From an uncultured Pelagibacteraceae bacterium (GTDB lineage: Bacteria; Pseudomonadota; Alphaproteobacteria; Pelagibacterales; Pelagibacteraceae): a DNA stretch of 64,000 nucleotides. Below the pieces are notes generated by a model that saw only the letters and a list, made by a program, of their open reading frames with translations, did not search any database and was not told the origin of the DNA. Below, in pieces: positions 9,174 through 17,454 of the stretch (positions within the stretch are counted from its first letter, which is position 1; each line of letters begins with the position of its first letter). The position numbers and the translations under genes are program-made. The stretch covers positions 13,568-77,567 of the forward strand of contig CACGDZ010000004.1 in NCBI GenBank assembly GCA_902571955.1, written 5' to 3'.

Positions 9174-9801
9174 TTTTTGTAACCTTGTATAAACCTAGCC
9201 AAGCGTTTACATCTTTACTAGCAATATAGTCTGATTTAAAAAACTCTATTTCTTTCCATTTATTATTTTGATTTAAACTTATGATTTTTTTATCAAACCC
9301 ATATTCCTCATGAATACCTTCGTTAATAGTAAAACAAATTAACCCACCTGATTTTGTAATTCTTACAAATTCATCTAAGGCATTTGGTTTCACATGTCCA
9401 AAAGTAAATGTTCCAACACACATAACAGCATCATATGAATTATCTTTTGCATCAATTGTTTTATTAAGATCAACTTTTGTTAATTTTTGATAAAGATTAT
9501 TTGGAACAGAATCTAATAAAGTTTGTGATAAGTCTGCTCCATGAAAATTTTTAAAACCGTATTTTTTTAGCTCTATACCAACTAAACCAGTACCACATCC
9601 AGCATCAAATATTAAAATATCTTTATTCTTCTCGTGCACATTAAATGTTTCTGCGGTTTCTTTTGGTCCTGAATAATTCCAATCAACCATATCTTTATTG
9701 TATTTATCTTTATCTCCCCACTCATCGTAGTATCTCATAACTTCATCTGTGGTTTTAAGTTTATAAATTGGAATTTTGTTTCCTACGTCTTTTTGAGCCA
9801 T
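9166..9801 (-). CDS. Class I SAM-dependent methyltransferase
   Basis: DAGCGTGLVG motif I; YD.W...Y N-terminus; YDAVMCVGTFT.GHV. Confidence 0.9.
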   Translation of the reverse strand: MAQKDVGNKIPIYKLKTTDEVMRYYDEWGDKDKYNKDMVDWNYSGPKETAETFNVHEKNKDILIFDAGCGTGLVGIELKKYGFKNFHGADLSQTLLDSVPNNLYQKLTKVDLNKTIDAKDNSYDAVMCVGTFTFGHVKPNALDEFVRITKSGGLICFTINEGIHEEYGFDKKIISLNQNNKWKEIEFFKSDYIASKDVNAWLGLYKVTKNV

Positions 9802-12206
9802 TAGCTTCTCATCTTTTGACCACTTGGATCGTAAAGTGGTTCTTTAATAATTGAACAATTAAATAAATCTCCATTTATCTCTACTTGAATTTTATTTTCA
9901 GATTTAATTTTTTTTTGATCAACAAGAGTAAACGCTACACTTTTGTTTACAAAATGAGCAAACCCACCTGAAGTTACATAGCCAATACTTTGATCTCCAT
10001 TCATAACGGCTTCATTATTTGTTACATCAATATCATTTGTTTCAATAATTAATGGTATGAGTTTATTTGATGAATTATCCTTCTGTGCACTTTCTTTACC
10101 AATGAACTCTTTATCCCAATTAATAAGGACATCTAACCCTGTCTCTTTTGCGGTAAAATCTGGTCTATAATCTAAAGTCCAAGCTCCCCAATTCTTCTCC
10201 AACCTCATTGACATTAATGCTCTTATACCAAAAGGTTTAATGTTGAATTCTTTTCCTGCTTCCATTAATTCCTCGTATAATTTTAATTGATAATGGGGTG
10301 CTACATAAATTTCATACCCAAGTTCACCTGTAAATGAAATTCGATTTATTATTGCTGGAACACCACCAACAAACATTCTCCTTGAGTCTCTAAATTTAAA
10401 TTTTTCATTTGAAACATCATCTCTTACAATTTTTTCTAAAACTTTCCTTGAATTAGGTCCTGCAACAGACAATCCATGATACTCATCAGATTTATTGGAG
10501 TAACTTAAATTAAATTTATCTAAATGACTTTCAAACCAACGTCTGTGCATTGCTTGAGCAGCTCCAGATCCAAATACCATGAATTCATTTTCATCCAAAC
10601 AAGCTACTGTTAAATCTCCACACAATTTTCCTCTAAATGACAACATTGGTGATAAAGATATTCTTCCAGGTTTTGGAAGTCTTCCAGCCATTAAGTAATC
10701 TAAAAATTTTCTAGCATCAGGACCTTTAAACTCATGTTTTGAAAAATTTGCAACTTCAATTAAGCCAACATTTTCTCTTACATTAATAACTTCTTTTGAT
10801 ACATAATCATGAGATCTTGATCTTTTAATAGTGGGATCTTCATGAGCATCTTCTTTATTATTTGCAAACCACAAAACATTTTCTAATCCAAAACTATCTC
10901 CCATTACAGCACCTTGATTCACAAAACGATCATATAGTGCAGTAGTTTTTTGTTTTCTTCCCTTTGGTAAAGTTTCATTTGGGAAAGTCATAATAAATCT
11001 TCGCTCATAATTTTCTGAAGATTTTATTGTCCCATATTGAGGTGATGCATAATCTCCAAAACGAGCAACATCCATTGCCCAAACATCAATTGAAGGTTCA
11101 CCATCAATAATCCATTCTGCTATACATTTACCAACACCACCACCTTGGCAAAATCCAGCCATAACACCAACCGCAACCCAATAATTCTTCATTCCTGGCA
11201 CTGGACCAATCAGAGGACTTCCATCTGGACCAAAAGTAAAAGGTCCATTAACTATATTCTTAATACCTGCACGTTCTAGCGCTGGCATTCTCTCAAAACC
11301 TATTGCAAGTCTATCTTCAATATTATCTAACTTTGGCTCAAGTAACTCATGGCCAAAATTCATTGGTGTACCTTCTACTTTCCAAGGAGTTGATTTTGGC
11401 TCATAAGTTCCAAGCAACATTCCTTTACCTTCTTGTCTAAAATAAATATTTCCCTCAAAATCTGTTCCTATAGGCAATCTTTGGTCACCCATTGCTTCAA
11501 TTTCTGGAATAGGTTCTGTAATCAAATAATGATGCTCCATTGGTTGAACTGGAAGATTAAGCCCAGCTAGTTGACCAACTTCTCTAGCCCACAAACCACC
11601 TGCATTAATTACTATTTCAGCATTGATATTTCCTTTTTCAGTAAAGACATCCCATGTTCCATCCTCTTTTTGTTTCGTATCTTTTACTACAGTGTGAGTG
11701 TAGTATTTTCCACCATGAACTTTTGCAGCTTTTGCAAAAGCATAAGTAACTCCCGATGGATCAACTTCACCATCTATAGGATCCCATAAAGCTAGCAAAT
11801 ATCTAGAAGGGTCAATTAATGGATTTTTCTTTTTTACCTCTTCCAAAGAAATAAATTCTTGGTCAAGTCCCATATATCTTGCTTTTGATCTTTCTCTCTT
11901 TAAATAATCTGCCCACACTTCATTTGAAGCTAAATAAAAACCTCCACTGGGTTTAAAGCCTACAGAATGTCCTGACTCTTTTTCTATTTCTTTATATAAG
12001 CCTATTGTATAAGCCATCATCCTAGAGATATTAGGATCAGATGAAATAACGTGAACATTTCCTGCTGCGTGCCAAGACGAGCCTGAGGTAAGTTCGTTTC
12101 TCTCAAGTAAAATACAATCTTTTAATCCAAATTTAGATAAATGGTAAAGTATAGAGCAACCTACTACACCCCCTCCTATGATTACTACTTTTGCATGTTT
12201 TTCCAT
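9801..12206 (-). CDS. Second dimethylglycine dehydrogenase-like FAD/GcvT-family protein
   Basis: GGGVVG, TSGSSWHAAG and RISFTGELGYEI motifs; 801 aa. Confidence 0.9.
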   Translation of the reverse strand: MEKHAKVVIIGGGVVGCSILYHLSKFGLKDCILLERNELTSGSSWHAAGNVHVISSDPNISRMMAYTIGLYKEIEKESGHSVGFKPSGGFYLASNEVWADYLKRERSKARYMGLDQEFISLEEVKKKNPLIDPSRYLLALWDPIDGEVDPSGVTYAFAKAAKVHGGKYYTHTVVKDTKQKEDGTWDVFTEKGNINAEIVINAGGLWAREVGQLAGLNLPVQPMEHHYLITEPIPEIEAMGDQRLPIGTDFEGNIYFRQEGKGMLLGTYEPKSTPWKVEGTPMNFGHELLEPKLDNIEDRLAIGFERMPALERAGIKNIVNGPFTFGPDGSPLIGPVPGMKNYWVAVGVMAGFCQGGGVGKCIAEWIIDGEPSIDVWAMDVARFGDYASPQYGTIKSSENYERRFIMTFPNETLPKGRKQKTTALYDRFVNQGAVMGDSFGLENVLWFANNKEDAHEDPTIKRSRSHDYVSKEVINVRENVGLIEVANFSKHEFKGPDARKFLDYLMAGRLPKPGRISLSPMLSFRGKLCGDLTVACLDENEFMVFGSGAAQAMHRRWFESHLDKFNLSYSNKSDEYHGLSVAGPNSRKVLEKIVRDDVSNEKFKFRDSRRMFVGGVPAIINRISFTGELGYEIYVAPHYQLKLYEELMEAGKEFNIKPFGIRALMSMRLEKNWGAWTLDYRPDFTAKETGLDVLINWDKEFIGKESAQKDNSSNKLIPLIIETNDIDVTNNEAVMNGDQSIGYVTSGGFAHFVNKSVAFTLVDQKKIKSENKIQVEINGDLFNCSIIKEPLYDPSGQKMRS

Positions 12207-13246
12207 TAGTATTTAATTTCCTTATTTACTTTTTTCAAAGACTTATCTGTACCATGATGAAAATGTTTGCTCATATCAGGCATATATTTCATTGAAATTG
12301 GTTTTTTACCAATTGCAACTGACATTTCCCTAACGTGGTGAGCTTCTGCTCCACAACAAATACCAATAAAATTTATTTTATTTTGAACACAATCCTTAGC
12401 AAACTCTGCCATTTCAAATCTATTACATAACAAGTTGTCCAAAGCTACTGGGAATGCATTATCCCCAGGAATACAATTGCAACCATGATCAGTTATATTT
12501 AAAAAACCAGGTTCTTCCTCTGTTGTTCTGTACGGTACTGGAAGTCCAGCAACATGACATGAAACTTTGTCTCTAACTTTTTTTAATAATTTCATTGTCA
12601 TTTCAGGTCCTCGATAACAATTTAAACCAACTACATCTGCACCTAAATCTTCCATCATTTTGCAAGCATCTTCAGCACTATGACCTTCTCTAGTTTTGTC
12701 ACCTCTTGGAATTGCAAAATTACAAACAGCAATAAGACCAGCATCTTTAACTGTTTTTAACGCTATTTTCATTTCCTCTGTCCAATTTATTGTTTCAGCT
12801 ATTACAAAATCAACACCAGCCTCTTTTGCCCATGCTACTTGTTCCTCATACATTTGTTGACATTGTTTGTGAGTATTAGGATCCCCTGGATCAAATACAT
12901 TTGTATTAGCCACATCTCCACAAACCATAAGATCTAAATCTTTAAACTCTGCAGCAGCATCTTTTGCAATTTTAAGAGCACCTTTTTGCATTGGTTCTAA
13001 GAGGTGTTCTTTGCCAATTATTCTCAGCTTTTCTCTATGACCATAATATGTAAACGCCTGAACAACATCTGACCCAGCTCTAATAAATTCTCGATGTAAC
13101 TGAGTGACTACTTCCGGGTGTTCCAAAACAACTTCAGGAACAAATGGACCTGCTGATAAATATCCTCTTCTTTCCATTGCAAAAAGATATCCTTCTGCAC
13201 ACATAATTGGACCTTCATTTAATCTAGAAATAAGATCTTTTCTCAT
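12206..13246 (-). CDS. bhmT: Betaine-homocysteine S-methyltransferase family protein
   Basis: HREFIRAGSDVVQAFTYY; Zn ligands GLNC and GICCG. Confidence 0.8.
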   Translation of the reverse strand: MRKDLISRLNEGPIMCAEGYLFAMERRGYLSAGPFVPEVVLEHPEVVTQLHREFIRAGSDVVQAFTYYGHREKLRIIGKEHLLEPMQKGALKIAKDAAAEFKDLDLMVCGDVANTNVFDPGDPNTHKQCQQMYEEQVAWAKEAGVDFVIAETINWTEEMKIALKTVKDAGLIAVCNFAIPRGDKTREGHSAEDACKMMEDLGADVVGLNCYRGPEMTMKLLKKVRDKVSCHVAGLPVPYRTTEEEPGFLNITDHGCNCIPGDNAFPVALDNLLCNRFEMAEFAKDCVQNKINFIGICCGAEAHHVREMSVAIGKKPISMKYMPDMSKHFHHGTDKSLKKVNKEIKY

Positions 13247-13257
13247 AATTTATCCTT

Positions 13258-14436
13258 TCATTTCATTATATTGTTTGCAACCCATTTGTGAAAATGATGG
13301 GTGGGATTATCCATCGCAGGTGAAAAATTTCCCCCGTTATAAGATGGTGATTTTCTTCCACCCTGCATTCCCTCAATTATATTTAAATCTTCAATTTGAA
13401 CACCTTTCCAAAGTTCAAAGTTTTGTTTTCTAAGTGATTTAAATTTTTTCGAATTTGCTGCTTCATTACCAACATAATAAATTTCCATATGTTCTTTTGT
13501 ATATTCATTATTTACTGGTTCTAACCAGTAAGCATAAAAATGGTCTTTATGAATCCCAAGCATAACATTTGGAAACAAAGCAACGTATTCAGCAATGTGT
13601 TCTTGATCTTTTGGCCAATTCGGAAAAGTTGGAAATTTTAGATTGCTTTTAAATCTTGGATTATAAACAACAGTACCTTGACCAGCAAAACGATTTGGTA
13701 ATCCTTGAATATGATAATGATCATCAATTTTTGAGTAAGAGTTTAATCCAGGATGAACCCAGGGGAGATGATAGCTTTCACAATAATTTTCTATTGCAAA
13801 TTTCCAATTACATTTAGCATTCAAATTAAAATAACCATAATCTTTTGAGTAAACTGTTAAATCTCTATCTTTAATTGACCAAAATTTTTTCCACCTATCA
13901 TTCAAAGGTTTAATATATTTTTCAAAATCAATTTCATTTTTGTTTAAATTAACAAAAATTAAATCTAACCAAACATAAGATCTAACTTCTTTGAGACCAC
14001 TTTGTGATTTACTAAATTTATTGCAATTATGTTTATTCATTCCACCGATATGTGGTGTAGCTATTAATTTACCACTCATATCATAAGACCAAGAATGATA
14101 TGGACATCTTATTACATTTTTAATTTTACATTTTTCTTGTAGAATCTTAAAACCACGATGACTACAAACATTATGAAAAACTTTTATTTTATTATTTTTA
14201 TCTCTTAAAATAATTAATGGAATTCCTAGCAGATCAAATGGTTTCGCATCTCCAATATTTGGTACAGAACTACCAACACCAATTACCACCCATTTATTTT
14301 CAAAAATTTTTTTTCTCTCAATAGATAAATAATCAAGATCGGTATAACATTCATTTGGTAATCCGTGAGCTTTATGAATATTTTTATTTACTACTTTCAA
14401 TTTTTTTAAATCGAGTATCTGTGATAACTTTTTCAT
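13258..14436 (-). CDS. Rieske non-heme iron oxygenase alpha subunit (choline monooxygenase/CntA/GbcA-like group)
   Basis: NVCSHRG...CPYHSW Rieske motif; ENYCESYHLPWVH and ED...EGMQ mononuclear Fe site. Confidence 0.9.
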   Translation of the reverse strand: MKKLSQILDLKKLKVVNKNIHKAHGLPNECYTDLDYLSIERKKIFENKWVVIGVGSSVPNIGDAKPFDLLGIPLIILRDKNNKIKVFHNVCSHRGFKILQEKCKIKNVIRCPYHSWSYDMSGKLIATPHIGGMNKHNCNKFSKSQSGLKEVRSYVWLDLIFVNLNKNEIDFEKYIKPLNDRWKKFWSIKDRDLTVYSKDYGYFNLNAKCNWKFAIENYCESYHLPWVHPGLNSYSKIDDHYHIQGLPNRFAGQGTVVYNPRFKSNLKFPTFPNWPKDQEHIAEYVALFPNVMLGIHKDHFYAYWLEPVNNEYTKEHMEIYYVGNEAANSKKFKSLRKQNFELWKGVQIEDLNIIEGMQGGRKSPSYNGGNFSPAMDNPTHHFHKWVANNIMK

Positions 14437-14712
14437 TTCAACTTTTATTAAACCTCCTTGTTTAAGTTGGAATTAATCAAAGCTAAATTTTTATGACTCT
14501 CTTATAATGATTTGTTGAAATACAGTTTTGCAATTTAAAATATAGACAAATTCTTTGAAAAAAAAATTTGCAGAAAATTTCATAAAAAAACTTTATTACT
14601 GAATAAATTGCAATTAAAGACAATTTTACTTCAACTAAGAGTTGAAAGATATTTGCAATATTTTCGTCGATATGTTGTAGTGTTTAATCGAAAATTAACT
14701 AACGGAGATATA

Positions 14713-15723
14713 ATGAAAAAATTAAAAACAATTCTATTTTCCGCGATTTTAGCGTTTGGTATGACTTCTTTTGCAAATGCGTGTGGAAAACTAGTGATTG
14801 CCGAACAGAACTGGGCATCTGCCGAGTTAATGGCAAACGTTGATAAAATAATTCTAGAAGAGGGATATGGATGTGATGTAGAATTAGTGCCTGGTGCTAC
14901 TATGCCTACATTTACCTCAATGAATGATAAAGGAACACCTGACATGAACCCTGAACAATGGGCGAATGCAGTTTATACTCCTTTAAAGAAAGCGGTAAGT
15001 GAGAAAAGATTAATCATTGCGAATAAAGCGCCAATTACTGGTCTTGGAGAAGGTTGGTGGTTAAACCCAGCGGCTTTAAAAAAACACCCGGAGCTTAAAG
15101 GTATGACAGCTGTTCAAATCTTAGAGCGTCCTGATTTGTTCCCTGATAAAGAAGACCCTTCAAAAGGTGCTTTCATGGGTTGTCCAGCAGGTTGGGGATG
15201 TCAATTAGCAAATGCAAACCTATACAGAGCATTTGAGATGGAGAAAAAAGGTTGGAAGCTTATTGATCCAGGTTCAGCTGCAGGTTTAGATGGTTCTATA
15301 GCTAAAGCTTCAGATTCTGGTGAGCCGTGGTTTGGTTATTATTGGAACCCTACATCAATGGTTGGAAAATATAATTTACAACCAGTTGACTTTGGTGTTC
15401 CTTTTGCAGGAAGAGATAACTGGGATAATTGTATAACTCTTGCTGAGCAAGATTGTGCAAGTCCAAAACCAACTGCTTGGACCAAATCAGAAGTTAACTC
15501 AATTGTAAGTGCTAACTTTGCAAAGACTGGTGGAAAAGACGTTCTTAGTTATGTTGAAAAAAGAACTTATCCAGGCACAGTTATGAATGGAATGTTGGTT
15601 TACATGGCTGACAACCAAGCAAAAGGATCAGATGCTGCAGTTGAGTTTTTAATAAAGCATGAAGATATTTGGACAAAATGGGTGTCTTCTGATGCAGCAA
15701 AAAAAATCAAAAAAAGTTTATAA
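14713..15723 (+). CDS. Glycine betaine/proline-betaine-type ABC substrate-binding protein
   Basis: GGAG RBS at 14704 and ATG at 14713; signal peptide; NWASA, EGWW, GCPAGWGC and GYYW.P motifs (OpuAC/ProX family). Confidence 0.9.
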   Translation: MKKLKTILFSAILAFGMTSFANACGKLVIAEQNWASAELMANVDKIILEEGYGCDVELVPGATMPTFTSMNDKGTPDMNPEQWANAVYTPLKKAVSEKRLIIANKAPITGLGEGWWLNPAALKKHPELKGMTAVQILERPDLFPDKEDPSKGAFMGCPAGWGCQLANANLYRAFEMEKKGWKLIDPGSAAGLDGSIAKASDSGEPWFGYYWNPTSMVGKYNLQPVDFGVPFAGRDNWDNCITLAEQDCASPKPTAWTKSEVNSIVSANFAKTGGKDVLSYVEKRTYPGTVMNGMLVYMADNQAKGSDAAVEFLIKHEDIWTKWVSSDAAKKIKKSL

Positions 15724-15735
15724 TTAAACTTTAAA

Positions 15736-15764
15736 TTACGAGCCTATATAATATAGGCTCGTAA
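15736..15764. promoter_or_regulatory. Intra-operon 14-bp inverted repeat (stabilising stem or partial terminator)
   Basis: TTACGAGCCTATAT-A-ATATAGGCTCGTAA between the SBP and permease genes. Confidence 0.7.
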
Positions 15765-15778
15765 AAAATTTTTTATTT

Positions 15779-16663
15779 ATGGAGTTTTTTACTGAATTTC
15801 CAGAGCTGGGAAGAAGATCCCAAATGGAGCTTAGAAAAGGTATCGACTTAGCTTTTAGAAATTTTTCAAGAGAATATGGAGACAGTATAGAAGCATTTTT
15901 TGATCCGTTATTATTTTTTTTAGTATCATTAGAAAAATTATTATTATCTACACCATGGATAATAATCATTGGAATAATTTGTGGATTAGCCTGGTTAGGT
16001 TCAAGAAGTTGGAAATTAGTTGTAGGTAGCGGAATTGCTTTTTTATTAATTGGATATTTTGGTATGTGGGAAGATTGTATGGCAACAGTTGCTATTATTA
16101 CTGTTTGCACGATCATTTGTATTGTTGTTGGAATACCAATTGGGATTGTAATGGCAAGATCAAGTAGAGCTGAAAAATCAATTCTTCCAGTTTTGGATAT
16201 GATGCAAACAATTCCTAGCTTTGTTTATTTGATCCCAATTTTAATGTTGTTAGGCATTGGAAAGGTCCCAGGATTAATCGCTGTTTGTGTCTATGCAGTT
16301 CCTCCAATTATTAGATTAACTAATCTAGGTATCAGAGAAGTAGACAAAGAGACTTTAGAAGCCAGTGAAGCTTTTGGAGCAACCACGGCACAAAAATTAA
16401 AATCTGTTCAAATTCCACTGGCTTTACCAACTGTTTTTGCTGGTGTAAACCAAACAATAATGATGGCTTTAGCTATGGTAGTAATTGCCTCTATGATAGG
16501 TGTAAAAGGCCTTGGCGTACCAATATTAAGAGCTGTTTCTAACCAATATCTAGCTCTTGGAATGATGAATGGATTGGCAATAGTTGCTTTAGCAATTGTC
16601 TTTGATAGGGTCACTCAAGAATACGGAAGAAGGATCCAAAAGCATAGAGGCCAGATAAAATAA
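15779..16663 (+). CDS. ProW-family ABC permease
   Basis: MQTIPSFVYLIP motif, EAA loop (EASEAFGAT) and GVNQTIMMALAMVVIASMIG. Confidence 0.9.
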   Translation: MEFFTEFPELGRRSQMELRKGIDLAFRNFSREYGDSIEAFFDPLLFFLVSLEKLLLSTPWIIIIGIICGLAWLGSRSWKLVVGSGIAFLLIGYFGMWEDCMATVAIITVCTIICIVVGIPIGIVMARSSRAEKSILPVLDMMQTIPSFVYLIPILMLLGIGKVPGLIAVCVYAVPPIIRLTNLGIREVDKETLEASEAFGATTAQKLKSVQIPLALPTVFAGVNQTIMMALAMVVIASMIGVKGLGVPILRAVSNQYLALGMMNGLAIVALAIVFDRVTQEYGRRIQKHRGQIK

Positions 16664-16725
16664 TAGATACTTTGTTACACCGAATTTTCTAGACTCATAT
16701 TTCAAAATAAATAAAGATCCTCACT

Positions 16726-17454
16726 ATGAATTTTTCACTGGAAATAGGACCTAAAACTGAAGTTGATACAGTTCCAGCATTGTCTGATGTTTACATTACC
16801 CTGCTACCTGGAGGTGATTACAGGGAGACTGCTGATAAAGCAGCAGAGCTTGTAAAAAAAGGGTTTAACCCCGTGCCTCATTTTCCTGCTAGATCAATAC
16901 ATGATGAAAAAGAGCTGAAAGATTATGTTTCAAAATGTAAAGATGGAGGGGTGAAACAAGCGTTAATTATCGGTGGTGGAAGAGAGCCAGCAGGGAAATT
17001 TGATAGTTCATTTCAACTTTTAGAGACAGGTTATTTTGAAAAAATGAAAATAGGAATTGCTGGACACCCAGAGGGGAGTCCTGATATATCCGACTCAGAA
17101 TTAGAAAAAGCTATGATAGATAAAAAGCCTTATGCTGATTATATTGTAACACAGTGGTTACTAGATCCTCAGCCTATTATAGATTTTATTTCTAAACAAA
17201 GCGTACCAGTGCATGTGGGAATTACTGGGCCATTAAAAATATCTAGCTTAATTAAATTTGCTAATATTGTAGGTGCAAAAAATTCCTTAAATTTTCTTAA
17301 ATCTAATTTTAGTAAGGCATTAGATTTATTGAAACCTAAAGACCCTAATGATTTAATTGGGAAAGTTAAATCGCATACTGATAACTTCCACATTTATACA
17401 TTCGGCGGCTTGAAGGAAACTAACAAGTGGTTGAAGGAGAATAGTTATGTCTAA
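16726..17454 (+). CDS. metF: Methylenetetrahydrofolate reductase-like protein
   Basis: FSLE, PVPHFPAR, GIAGHPEGSP, IVTQW and HIYTFGG motifs. Confidence 0.75.
   Translation: MNFSLEIGPKTEVDTVPALSDVYITLLPGGDYRETADKAAELVKKGFNPVPHFPARSIHDEKELKDYVSKCKDGGVKQALIIGGGREPAGKFDSSFQLLETGYFEKMKIGIAGHPEGSPDISDSELEKAMIDKKPYADYIVTQWLLDPQPIIDFISKQSVPVHVGITGPLKISSLIKFANIVGAKNSLNFLKSNFSKALDLLKPKDPNDLIGKVKSHTDNFHIYTFGGLKETNKWLKENSYV

Noticed and set aside
14608-14712. N-terminal extension of the SBP from an upstream TTG (similar extensions at 7174, 22924, 36890, 44553, 50273, 57372)
   Set aside because: Downstream ATGs have better RBS or translational coupling and give family-typical N-termini.
14437-14712. Glycine or SAM-II/SAM-V riboswitch in this spacer
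   Set aside because: No recognisable conserved core by eye; an Infernal search is needed to exclude it fully.
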